DNA of 64,000 nucleotides from NCBI GenBank assembly GCA_964511655.1, contig CAZEGB010000001.1:7087-71086 (forward strand), written 5' to 3'. The notes under the pieces are model-generated. The model saw only the letters and a program-made list of their open reading frames with translations, searched no databases and was not told the origin of the DNA. Below are positions 6,978 to 15,992 of the stretch, one piece after another. Each line of letters starts with the position of its first letter. Position 1 is the first letter of the stretch. Both the position numbers and the translations under genes were made by a program. This stretch comes from an uncultured Candidatus Saccharimonas sp. (GTDB lineage: Bacteria; Patescibacteriota; Saccharimonadia; Saccharimonadales; Saccharimonadaceae).

Positions 6978-8928
6978 TTTCCTTGGCCAAAAGATCGAGC
7001 AAGGTAGTAACATACTCGGCATGAGACCAAGTCAGCGGAGCGGGTGATACTATCTTGTCAGTGACCGGATCAATTTGTTCGCTCATTACGCCGGTACTTA
7101 ATGCGTGTTTTTTACCCCAATCTAGTATTTCAAGCGCTTTTTCGATTTTTCCGTTTTCAATATAATACTGAGCTAGCCAGAATGACGTGACGAACCAGTA
7201 GTTGCCTTGGACTTCTGGGTTTACGCGCCTATAGTCATCGTCTTCGTAGCGCGGCAAACCAAGTACGCCGTCATTAATGCCAAACATATTTTCGATCGTT
7301 TCAATCGATGCTTTGACCTCCTGGCTGTCGGGCTCAAACAATCCAAAAGTATAGACACCAAATATACTCGCGCAGTCGATTGCGTCGTCCTTGATTACTT
7401 TTCCATCTTTAATACATATACCTCGATAAAAGAACTTTCGGTCTTCGCAATAGAGCTGTTTTTTGGCAGCAGCTTGGATGTCAGTGGCCGCCAGTCGCCA
7501 TTTGACCGCATTTTCAGAATCTTTCGCTGCTGAAGCTAGGTCAGAGGCCGCCAGTAATGCCGCATAAGTTACGGCTGTGGTATAGGTACTTGTAATAAAT
7601 ATTCTTTCCCACAGGTCGTAACTAGCCCGAGGCAAACCTGTTAATTCATCGACGAATTCGACCATGAAGTTGGCCATCGGCACGACCATGTCTTTGTAAA
7701 ATTCATGTAAAAGTTTGCCGTCCGGGTGTGTCTGGTAGAACTGAGCGAACATAAATAAGGGCAGTGCGGTCTCGTCTTCTTGGATAGGCGGAGTAATTAC
7801 GCCGTCATGGACATATGAATGCCAGCTGCTGCCCAGTGCGCCGTCAGCTCGGTACTTATGCATCATATAGCCGTCGGGGTGCATGCCTCTTTTCGTAAAC
7901 TCAAAAAAACGGTAGGCTTCGCTTTTGTAACCCATTCTAATCATTGGCCACAAAGTGAAGGCACCGTCACGAGGCCAGCAATACGAATAAGCATCACGGG
8001 AATAATTAAGCATCGACGTGTCCGTACTGGCGATGATTGCGCCACGTTTATCAATCTGAGACTTAATTACCATCATACTTTGCAAAAAATTAGTACGATG
8101 ATTTGGTGAAACCTTGTCGATAATCGCATAAGTAGGTTCAAGCCATTCGTGCCACCAGTCGGCAGTTCGTTTCATGCAAAACAACGTACCATCGTTTTGA
8201 ACCTGTTTATGAATGCGGATAGCTTCGCGGCTGGACATACCGGCGGCAATCCAATAATGAACGCGTTCGGAACTGTTAGCTTCAATATTCACCTTGAATC
8301 TGATAGTAGAGTCAACACGGCCATGCTCGACGTTGTTTATGGTCAACTCGCCGTCTTCAGCATCGCAATAAGTGCCTTTTTTATTTTCTATACCAAAGAG
8401 CCCGACGGTATGTTGATCGAACGGCATATTATTATATTTACCGGACACCACGAATGCCCTGCGGCCGCGATAATGCAAAAGTGCGTTGCTATCAGGTAAG
8501 TATTGAGCTGTGTCGGTATTGCTGCGTGAATCGCCGATTGCAAAGGCCTGATGCATGAATAAGCGTATTTCGCGAGCTTGGGCCCTCAAATTTACGACAT
8601 GTATATTCCTTATAAAGGCGCTGACATGGGCATCGACGAAATCATCAAACTCCAATATTATGCCTAGGCGCTCGTTTTTTGCCAGCGTATGACCGATTAA
8701 GGCGCCGTGCGGATAACGAAACGTAAAAACCCATTCCTTTGCTGAATTCTGAGGATTATCTATCCAGCTGATCTCACCATCAACCCATACGCCAACTTTG
8801 TGGCGCAAATTCGTTCCCGCGGAGTGGTTTTCGAAGCCAACATATGGATAATAAAAGTCGTGTACTGTTCCGAAATCATTTAACCCGACGTGAAGTTCTC
8901 CGTTGCTGAGAACGATGGGTCTAGCCAT
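6970..8928 (-). CDS. glycoside hydrolase family 15 (glucoamylase/glucodextranase-like)
   Basis: An (alpha/alpha)6-barrel GH15 pattern including YSYCWPRDGAFTLWPM and the EQIDP...SPAPLTWSHAEY C-terminus, with an N-terminal beta-sandwich domain. Confidence 0.8.
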   Translation of the reverse strand: MARPIVLSNGELHVGLNDFGTVHDFYYPYVGFENHSAGTNLRHKVGVWVDGEISWIDNPQNSAKEWVFTFRYPHGALIGHTLAKNERLGIILEFDDFVDAHVSAFIRNIHVVNLRAQAREIRLFMHQAFAIGDSRSNTDTAQYLPDSNALLHYRGRRAFVVSGKYNNMPFDQHTVGLFGIENKKGTYCDAEDGELTINNVEHGRVDSTIRFKVNIEANSSERVHYWIAAGMSSREAIRIHKQVQNDGTLFCMKRTADWWHEWLEPTYAIIDKVSPNHRTNFLQSMMVIKSQIDKRGAIIASTDTSMLNYSRDAYSYCWPRDGAFTLWPMIRMGYKSEAYRFFEFTKRGMHPDGYMMHKYRADGALGSSWHSYVHDGVITPPIQEDETALPLFMFAQFYQTHPDGKLLHEFYKDMVVPMANFMVEFVDELTGLPRASYDLWERIFITSTYTTAVTYAALLAASDLASAAKDSENAVKWRLAATDIQAAAKKQLYCEDRKFFYRGICIKDGKVIKDDAIDCASIFGVYTFGLFEPDSQEVKASIETIENMFGINDGVLGLPRYEDDDYRRVNPEVQGNYWFVTSFWLAQYYIENGKIEKALEILDWGKKHALSTGVMSEQIDPVTDKIVSPAPLTWSHAEYVTTLLDLLAKEND

Positions 8929-10150
8929 TCAGCCCTCCGGCATGATGGTCGAAGTATAATCGCCAGCGCACATCGCGGACGACATTGATGTAATACAAGA
9001 AAGCATCATACGGAGACTCATAGGCACTAAAATATGCATGAACGTCACCGTCGTTGAACCATTTGGTACACATGTAGTAGAAGTGGTCCGAGGTTTGAAG
9101 CTTGCGCCAATCGCTGATTAACTGAAGGTCATTGGTTCGCAAAACGTCGTTTTCAATAGAGTATATGTAATGTAATGCTTCCTGTTGCATACTGTTACCC
9201 AGCCATGCCGTCAAGTCCCTCTCGCTGTCAGCCCATGTGACCGTATTTGGCATGCTGATTTCGCCAACGGGTTCGAACGCATCGATTGCGCCGGACACGG
9301 TGTAAAACGTATTGTCAGGATTACTTAGCCATTTACCGACGAAAGCTTCGTAGAACTCAAAGATGCCGGTGTCTTCCCATTGGTGTTCACCAAAGGTTTC
9401 ATAATCCATGAACAAGTTGACGACGTCTTTATCGTAGGCCGAGGTATTTACCCAATCGTTATAGGTGTCAGCCGAAAGCGGCCATTGCGGCCAGGCCCTG
9501 TCGCCGAAGCGGAAGGCAATATCGTCGCTTAGGCGGTAATTTTTGAGAAGAAGAGTAATATTCTTGGTATCGGTCGGACGGTACAAAAAGTTCGGGCTTC
9601 GCCATTCTAGGATTGGATCCCAACCCTCCGCCAAGATACCCTTAAAACCGTATTCGTCTGCCCATTTGGCCAACGAGTCATTATATGACAGCTCGGTATT
9701 GCGGAATACTTTTGTTTCTACTCCGAACAGGTCACGGATTCTGCTTTGATGAGCTCGAACTTGGTTTTCAAATTCGGTTCGGCTATAAAAGAAGGCAAGC
9801 GAGTGGTAATAAGTTTCAGCTACAATCTCGACACGTCCCGTATTGACCAGACGTTTAAAGCTTTCCAAGACGTCCGGTGCCCACATTTCGGCTTGTTCGA
9901 TGAAGGTGCCGGTTATACTTAGCGAAACCTTGAAATCAGGGTGCCTGTCGATTAGCTTCTCTAATAAAGCATTCATCGGCCTATAGGATTTATCAGCGAC
10001 CTTTTTGAACACCTGTTCGTTATTCGATCGGATGTGATAATTTGGCTCGTTGAAATAATCGTGCCTGGTAGCCGTATCAAAAACACTGTACTTACGCACC
10101 CTATATGGTTGATGTGCATGTAAATATAGAACTATGCCGCGCTTGCTCAT
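8921..10150 (-). CDS. glycoside hydrolase family 57 (alpha-amylase / alpha-glucan-processing enzyme)
   Basis: GH57 region I LHAHQPYR and the acid/base region FMDYETFGEHQW. The likely start is MSKRG at 10150, abutting the upstream stop. Confidence 0.8.
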   Translation of the reverse strand: MSKRGIVLYLHAHQPYRVRKYSVFDTATRHDYFNEPNYHIRSNNEQVFKKVADKSYRPMNALLEKLIDRHPDFKVSLSITGTFIEQAEMWAPDVLESFKRLVNTGRVEIVAETYYHSLAFFYSRTEFENQVRAHQSRIRDLFGVETKVFRNTELSYNDSLAKWADEYGFKGILAEGWDPILEWRSPNFLYRPTDTKNITLLLKNYRLSDDIAFRFGDRAWPQWPLSADTYNDWVNTSAYDKDVVNLFMDYETFGEHQWEDTGIFEFYEAFVGKWLSNPDNTFYTVSGAIDAFEPVGEISMPNTVTWADSERDLTAWLGNSMQQEALHYIYSIENDVLRTNDLQLISDWRKLQTSDHFYYMCTKWFNDGDVHAYFSAYESPYDAFLYYINVVRDVRWRLYFDHHAGGLNG

Positions 10151-11370
10151 ACTGTAACTCCTCTTCTCATAGTCCCGTAGATATGCAAAAACTTTCTTGC
10201 GACATCGTGCCATGAAACCTTGCTGTATTCATTTTTAACGTTTTCCTTCAACGAATTCCTTAATGCGCCCGAAGTAGCAATACCGATCATCTGGTCGGCT
10301 AGGCGGTCAACATCCCAAAAATCATAACGAAATATACTATGTAGTACTTCGCCGACGCCAGATTGACGGGTAACAATTAGGGCATTGTCATGATGAGCGG
10401 CTTCAAGAGCAGTCAGCCCGAAAGGCTCGCTAACCGAACTCATAACGAATACGTCGCCGACGCTATAGGCATCGCGCCATTGCTTGCCCCTAACGAAGCC
10501 GGTAAAAAATACTTTGTCAGAAATACCCAAATTAGAAGCCAGTTCAATAAGCTCATTACGTTGTTCACCGTCACCAGCCAACAAAAAGACAAGTTTATCG
10601 TATTTTTCGCTTGCTCTGGCGGCAGCTCTAATAAAATGAGCCAAACCCTTTTGGATGGTAAAACGTGTAATGTTCACAACAATAGTATAACCCTCATGCT
10701 TTAATGATTCAAGGTATCTATAGGTACTAAGATCATATTGGTAGCCGTTGTTAAAACTGTCGACGTCAATCGCATTGTGCACGACCTCGACTTTGTCAGC
10801 CGGTATACCGTATCTGTGAACAATAATGTTTTTAGTGATGTTACTGACGGCAATAATTCGATCAGCCATCATCAGGCCTTGGTATTCAATTTCGTGAACC
10901 AGAGGGTTGCCCGAACTACTGCCCGAACGGTCGAATTCGGTCGCATGGACATGGACGATCAGCGGTGTGCCGCAAATTTCCTTGGCACGCATACCAGCTT
11001 CCATTGTCAGCCAATCATGAGCGTGAACGACGTCAAATTCTTTACTCTTGACCAATTGCTCGACAAACTGAACGTAGCGTTTTTGTACGCCGCGCATATC
11101 CTTGAGGTCGTTAATATCTGCCTTGGAAAGCGGTTTGTTCAAAACCTTCGAACTGTCATAGCTGCCAAGACCATATCTTTCAAGCGGCGTCAGAGGTGTA
11201 GCGGCGTGAATCGTCATGAAATTAATACCGGTGTGCTCGGCGGTATAGGGAAGTACGAAATCAATCGAGGCGCCTTGGATAGCCAAAGCTTTGGACATGT
11301 GATAGCAAGCTACACCCAGCCCACCACTGTTGTGAGGAGGAAGTTCCCACCCTAGCATTAGTATTTTCAT
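10147..11370 (-). CDS. GT-B fold glycosyltransferase, glycogen/alpha-glucan synthase-like (GT4/GT5)
   Basis: N-terminus MKILMLGWELPPHNSGGLGVA and C-terminal E-x7-E region SVSEPFGLTALEAAHH. Confidence 0.75.
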   Translation of the reverse strand: MKILMLGWELPPHNSGGLGVACYHMSKALAIQGASIDFVLPYTAEHTGINFMTIHAATPLTPLERYGLGSYDSSKVLNKPLSKADINDLKDMRGVQKRYVQFVEQLVKSKEFDVVHAHDWLTMEAGMRAKEICGTPLIVHVHATEFDRSGSSSGNPLVHEIEYQGLMMADRIIAVSNITKNIIVHRYGIPADKVEVVHNAIDVDSFNNGYQYDLSTYRYLESLKHEGYTIVVNITRFTIQKGLAHFIRAAARASEKYDKLVFLLAGDGEQRNELIELASNLGISDKVFFTGFVRGKQWRDAYSVGDVFVMSSVSEPFGLTALEAAHHDNALIVTRQSGVGEVLHSIFRYDFWDVDRLADQMIGIATSGALRNSLKENVKNEYSKVSWHDVARKFLHIYGTMRRGVTV

Positions 11371-11527
11371 TTTTTCGAGTTAACGAGTAGCCATGTTCGG
11401 CTATTCGGCCTCCTTGGTTGTTTTTATATATTCGTTCTGGGACAATTATATGACGACGCTAATGCTTTTGCAACTCTTTAATTAGTCAAGAATATCTGTT
11501 ACAATATCCCCGTCGCGATATTTACAT

Positions 11528-11602
11528 AGGGGCATAGTACAACGGTTAGTATAAAGGTCTCCAAAACCTTAGATCGTGGTTCGATTCCACGTGCCCCTGC
11601 CA
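11528..11602 (+). tRNA. tRNA-Trp (CCA), CCA end encoded
   Basis: Acceptor AGGGGCA/TGCCCCT, anticodon stem AAGGT/ACCTT, loop CTCCAAA, T-arm CGTGG-TTCGATT-CCACG. Confidence 0.9.
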
Positions 11603-11621
11603 AACAGGACAAAATGAAAAT

Positions 11622-11677
11622 AACAGATTAGAATCGGTTCGGCTTTTCCGAATACAATCTAATCTGTTTTGTTTTTG
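11622..11677 (+). terminator. hairpin plus T-run downstream of tRNA-Trp
   Basis: AACAGATTAGA...TCTAATCTGTT (11-bp arms) followed by TTGTTTTT. Confidence 0.6.
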
Positions 11678-11700
11678 TCAAATCCGCCTCTGTTAAAAAA

Positions 11701-11718
11701 GTTCGATTCCACGTGCCC
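11701..11718 (+). repeat. direct partial copy of the tRNA-Trp T-arm/acceptor (att-like remnant b)
   Basis: GTTCGATTCCACGTGCCC is identical to tRNA positions 11579-11596. Confidence 0.7.
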
Positions 11719-11770
11719 GTATTGCGTATTATATTAGAATGTTGAATACCATTATCAATTAGCCAAATAG

Positions 11771-14380
11771 TTATTGGATAGATTTCTTCGTTTTTTCCAC
11801 CTTGATTTTACGCCTGTGTCCTTTATTGAAAAAACGACGACCAACCCATTTATGTATCTCGACAACTGTTATTGGAACTATAATCGCGATGATAGTGGCG
11901 ATAGTTGCATCAACAGGTGATATTGGCGTTAGATGTAGTAAATGACTTGCGACACCTGACATTGCAACCCATTGCATACAGACCGCAATAATCAATCCAA
12001 AATAAAATGTCGGGCTAAATCGTCGAATCCGTTCCCAAAGTGATTCGTAATCGCTTCTATAACATAGAGCACTAGCCCATTGCATAACAACCATAATATG
12101 AAAGGCAACTGTCCGCGCGTAATCAATACCATTTCTTCCAATTTCGTTGATATATACCATTAACACTAGTACCGCCATAGTAAACGCTATTAGCACAATA
12201 CGAGATATCATAAACCGACTAAAGAGTGGGGCTGTTGGTGATTGTGGTGGCCATTTCATATTTCTTTTTTCTCCAGGTTCAAGACCAAGAGGAATTACCA
12301 TGCATGTGTCTGTAACAAGATTAACCCACAGTATTTGTACTGGCAGTAAAGGTACTGGGATACCAATAACTAGCGAGCCTAACGCTACCATAACTTCACC
12401 AGCATTGGTGGATAAAAGATATGCAACCATTCTTTTAATATTTGCATATATGGTACGGCCCTCGTGAACGGCACTAATAATTGATTTGAAATTATTATCA
12501 AGCAATATAATATTGCCGGCATCTTTTGCTATACTTGCACCGCTTCCCATCGCAACACCAACATGCGCACTTGAGAGCGCCGGAACGTCATTCACGCCAT
12601 CACCAGTCATTGCAACAATTTGACTATTTTTTAATACAGTTAATATTCTGTATTTATTTTCTGGGGTTACACGAGCAAATACGCGAACGTTATTGGCTAC
12701 AGACTCAAGCTCTTTATCGCTCATGCTATTCATTTTCCTACTATCAAACACTTGATCCTGATATTCGATAATCCCTAATTTTTTGCCGATATGAAATGCC
12801 GTTTCAAAATGGTCACCTGTAATCATACAAACTTTTATACCTGCCTGCTGGGCGGCAATAATCGCGCTTTTTGCTTCGGTTCGCAAAATATCTGCAATTG
12901 CAACAAATCCATCAAATATAAATTTTTTATGCGCCGATAAATCATTAAATGATAAGATTTCTTCGACATCTTCTTGATGCGCCAAGGCAATAACTCTAAA
13001 CCCGTTGCCAGCCATAGTATAGAGCATGCTCATAGCTTTTTCGTGCTGATCATGGGATAACCCGGATCTTGACAGGATAGTCTCTGGAGCACCCTTAACC
13101 CAAAGTATATTTTTACCATCTTCCTTAATGATATTTCCACTCATAGAATATTTTTGATCAAAAGGTAGTTTTAAAATTAAAACACCAGTTTTGCTGATTT
13201 CTTTTGATAAATGTACATAATCATTTAATGCAACGTCTAGGGGATCGTATGTTTTAGATTCAGAATGGTTCACGGATCTTTTGATGGCAAAAAGAATCTT
13301 TTGTATATCGCCACTCAGATTCCATACTTGCTGAACGGTTAGTTTATTTTCCGTAAGCGTACCGGTTTTGTCGGTTGCAATTACCGTCAAGCAACCGATA
13401 GTCTCTATAGCATTGACAGCTTTAACAAGTGCATTTTTCTTTGCCATTCGTCTCATTCCGATCACAAGAACAACAGTAATAGCAACAGCTAGGCTTTCGG
13501 GTACCGCACTGACGGATAGTGCTAGCACATACCGAATTCCTTCTGCAAAATCCATACCACGATACAACCCAAGCAACAAAGCGACAATTGCAATGACAGA
13601 GATCGCACGAATAATCATTGTGATTAACTTATCGATTTTGGTTTGAACCGGACTTTGCTGGGCTGGATTTACTGAAAGCGCGGCAATTTTTCCAAACTCA
13701 GTGCTATTTCCAGTTGAGACCACTAAAGCCCTTGCGTTACCGCCAACCACAAAAGAACCCTGAAAAATCATGTTCGATTGTTCATACAACTCTTTAACTT
13801 CGGAAAGTTCGCCAGTCTGTTTTTCAACTGGAAGCGATTCGCCTGTTAATTGAGACTCATCAACACGAAATGAATTCACGTTTAGCAAGCGTGCGTCTGC
13901 TGGTATTTTTTCGCCCTCATCTAGAATGATGATATCTCCCGGCACAAGTTGCGAAGCCTCAATTTTAACAACCAGCTTTTCCCTAAGGACATCAACCATT
14001 AATCTGTCGTGCTTTTGTAAAGACCTTAGAATACGTTCAGTTGAAAATCTCTGCACATAATAAATAGTGGCATTTGCAAACATAATGGCAAAAATAATTA
14101 CAGCATCCGTAACTGCGTTGTGCCATATACTGATAGCGGCAGCGAAAAAAAGCACTAGCATGAATATATTCATAAATGGTTCTATGATTTTTCGCCAAAA
14201 AGGCTCACCGTGAACAGTTACGACATTTTCACCATATTGAGCTAACCGTTCTAATGCTTCTGACTTCGAAAGTCCCGTTTCACTTGATAATAAATCAGAT
14301 AGGTTTTCTTGTATATTTTTTGAATAAAAAGACATTAGCATAATTATACCAAATTCGTAGGTTATTCTTTTTATATACAT
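11771..14380 (-). CDS. P-type cation-transporting ATPase (type II-like); start uncertain (ATG 14380, 14341 or 14335)
   Basis: TGES, PESL (PEGL equivalent), DKTGTLT, MITGDH, TGDGVNDVPAL, and about 10 TM segments. Confidence 0.85.
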   Translation of the reverse strand: MYIKRITYEFGIIMLMSFYSKNIQENLSDLLSSETGLSKSEALERLAQYGENVVTVHGEPFWRKIIEPFMNIFMLVLFFAAAISIWHNAVTDAVIIFAIMFANATIYYVQRFSTERILRSLQKHDRLMVDVLREKLVVKIEASQLVPGDIIILDEGEKIPADARLLNVNSFRVDESQLTGESLPVEKQTGELSEVKELYEQSNMIFQGSFVVGGNARALVVSTGNSTEFGKIAALSVNPAQQSPVQTKIDKLITMIIRAISVIAIVALLLGLYRGMDFAEGIRYVLALSVSAVPESLAVAITVVLVIGMRRMAKKNALVKAVNAIETIGCLTVIATDKTGTLTENKLTVQQVWNLSGDIQKILFAIKRSVNHSESKTYDPLDVALNDYVHLSKEISKTGVLILKLPFDQKYSMSGNIIKEDGKNILWVKGAPETILSRSGLSHDQHEKAMSMLYTMAGNGFRVIALAHQEDVEEILSFNDLSAHKKFIFDGFVAIADILRTEAKSAIIAAQQAGIKVCMITGDHFETAFHIGKKLGIIEYQDQVFDSRKMNSMSDKELESVANNVRVFARVTPENKYRILTVLKNSQIVAMTGDGVNDVPALSSAHVGVAMGSGASIAKDAGNIILLDNNFKSIISAVHEGRTIYANIKRMVAYLLSTNAGEVMVALGSLVIGIPVPLLPVQILWVNLVTDTCMVIPLGLEPGEKRNMKWPPQSPTAPLFSRFMISRIVLIAFTMAVLVLMVYINEIGRNGIDYARTVAFHIMVVMQWASALCYRSDYESLWERIRRFSPTFYFGLIIAVCMQWVAMSGVASHLLHLTPISPVDATIATIIAIIVPITVVEIHKWVGRRFFNKGHRRKIKVEKTKKSIQ

Positions 14381-14455
14381 TAACTAACAAGAAACAGCAC
14401 AATATAACTAGAGGCGGCATCAGTCTATACCAAATAATCAAGCCTTTATATATTA

Positions 14456-14902
14456 TCACTCTGCCCATTTTTTAAAGTTAATGAAGCGTAACATCTCTTC
14501 AGTTAAGTACTCAGACTGTACGCGGCGCATCAACTCACAACTATCGTTCTGAGATAAGATATTCAGGCTACCTTCCCAAAAAATATAGCTATCTATTATT
14601 GCTAATTTTCGATGATGCCCAACTGTCATAAATACTTCTATGCCAATATTCTGCATCTCTCCAATAGCCAACAACACCTGATCGCAAAGTGTGGGATTGT
14701 GTTCATCAAGCGGTTTTGTATTCACGACAACTCTTACGTTGCGTAATCGTAACTCACCGAAAATTGGTAGCAGCTGGTACATACGCTTTTTAGTAATAAA
14801 TGGACTTTCGATAATTACAGTGTTGCGTGCGTTATTTAAGTCTTTAATAAATGCCTTATAAAATGTATCTTGGTTGAATAGGGAAGAGTTATTCATTTTC
14901 AC
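14456..14902 (-). CDS. single-HKD phospholipase D superfamily protein (Nuc-like nuclease candidate)
   Basis: One HxK(x)4D motif, HHRKLAIID, followed by EGSLN. At 148 aa its size fits the homodimeric Nuc/BfiI-type fold. Confidence 0.7.
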   Translation of the reverse strand: MKMNNSSLFNQDTFYKAFIKDLNNARNTVIIESPFITKKRMYQLLPIFGELRLRNVRVVVNTKPLDEHNPTLCDQVLLAIGEMQNIGIEVFMTVGHHRKLAIIDSYIFWEGSLNILSQNDSCELMRRVQSEYLTEEMLRFINFKKWAE

Positions 14903-14953
14903 TCTCCTCAGAAAAACTAGTTATGCCACAAAAGATTCGGTAATCGTCCTGGA

Positions 14954-14965
14954 GCCCCTGCCAAA
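14954..14965 (+). repeat. tRNA-Trp 3'-end remnant c (GCCCCTGCCAAA)
   Basis: A 12-nt match to tRNA-Trp 11593-11604, followed by hairpin AAATAAGAAACTGA...TCAGTTTCTTATTT (14963-15001). Confidence 0.5.
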
Positions 14966-15046
14966 ATAAGAAACTGAGCCTCGTGTTCAGTTTCTTATTT
15001 TGTTGGTTCCCGCGGATCGAACCACGATCGACGAGCGAAGCGAGTC

Positions 15047-15153
15047 AGATCGTGGTTCGGCGTAGCGAATGAAGCGAAAGAAAGCACCGTAGGTATTTTC
15101 TTTCGCGAATGAGCGGAGAAGGCTTTAGCCGCTTTCCACGTGCCCCTGCCAAA
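15047..15153 (+). repeat. tRNA-Trp 3' fragment d, split in its T-loop by a 74-nt insert
   Basis: AGATCGTGGTTCG (15047-15059) and TTCCACGTGCCCCTGCCAAA (15134-15153) are contiguous in the intact tRNA apart from a single A (tRNA position 11584) lying between them. Here that A is replaced by a 74-nt insert. Confidence 0.75.
15055..15133 (+). repeat. ~80-nt structured repeat, copy A
   Basis: Stem GCGAAAGAAA (15074-15083) / TTTCTTTCGC (15097-15106) and a second hairpin GGC-TTTA-GCC. Aligns with 4929-5008 on the opposite strand. Confidence 0.7.
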
Positions 15154-15211
15154 ATGGTTATGCTAATAATAGACTTCACAATGAAGTCTATTATATTGTT
15201 ATACTGTAGGT

Positions 15212-15901
15212 ATGATAACTACTTTATTTACACTTATATCGCTTGACGGTAAGATATCGACTGGAGCTAGCGACGACCGCGATTTCGACAAAGACTTGCC
15301 AAATATCACAGGAGTTTCTGAAGGTCTACACCAATACTATGAATTAGAAGAAAAAACAGACTTATTTTCTTTCAATACAGGCAAGGTAATGGCTAAAGTC
15401 GGCTGGAATGACGTTAGAGAAAATATTTCAAAAATCCCTGTAACTTTTATAATTATAGATAACCAGCCGCATTTAACTAAATTTGGAGTTGAGAATCTAT
15501 TAAAGCGATGTAAAGAGCTAATAATAGTTACAACATATACATCACACCCCGCATTGAATATTGAGGACCAAAATATTGAAGTAATTCAATTTCAGGATAA
15601 GATTGATTTTGTTGAGTTATTTAACCAATTAGACAGTCGCGGCATCGAATGCATGACGATACAATCTGGCGGAGATTTGAACGCCACACTTCTACAGACT
15701 GGCCTTATTAATGAAATTTCTATTGTGATTGCACCTGTATTAATCGGTGGCAAAGATACACCAAGCTTGATTGGCGGACAATCAATACTTGAATTAGAGA
15801 ACCTAAAGAATATAAAAACACTAGAATTGTTAGATGTAGTGGAGCTTGACAACAATTATCTCCAATTACGCTATAAAGTTCTCAACCAAATTATATTGTA
15901 A
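15212..15901 (+). CDS. RibD C-terminal domain / dihydrofolate-reductase-like reductase family protein
   Basis: N-terminal LISLDGKISTG pattern and C-terminal QSGGDLNATLLQTGLINEISIVIAPVLIGG, typical of RibD_C. Confidence 0.65.
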   Translation: MITTLFTLISLDGKISTGASDDRDFDKDLPNITGVSEGLHQYYELEEKTDLFSFNTGKVMAKVGWNDVRENISKIPVTFIIIDNQPHLTKFGVENLLKRCKELIIVTTYTSHPALNIEDQNIEVIQFQDKIDFVELFNQLDSRGIECMTIQSGGDLNATLLQTGLINEISIVIAPVLIGGKDTPSLIGGQSILELENLKNIKTLELLDVVELDNNYLQLRYKVLNQIIL

Positions 15902-15992
15902 AAACCCTAGTATATTTGTGTCGTTGATATCAACATAATTAAAACAGTGTAACATATGCGCTGCCAAACTGATTATGTCTAAATAGACTTCA

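Larger units (their letters stand above)
11719..14965. mobile_element. putative decayed integrated module 1 (P-type ATPase plus PLD-like nuclease), bounded by tRNA-Trp 3' remnants; no recombinase
   Basis: Flanked by direct tRNA-Trp fragments at 11701-11718 and 14954-14965, in the same orientation as the tRNA. Confidence 0.35.

Noticed and set aside
10390-11355. Plus-strand ORFs of 104 and 205 aa inside the glycosyltransferase gene. Similar long antisense ORFs occur at 7207-8499, 21346-22305 and 53423-54136.
   Set aside because: They are antisense shadows of well-supported conserved genes. They have low-complexity or implausible composition and no translation signals.
11371-11430. A fourth copy of the structured repeat upstream of tRNA-Trp, based on the shared 12-mer TTCGGCCTCCTT and CATGTTCGGC.
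   Set aside because: Only short pieces match, their order and orientation do not follow the element, and the central hairpin is absent. It may be a fragment or a coincidence. It is mentioned under the glucan-cluster finding but not called as a copy.
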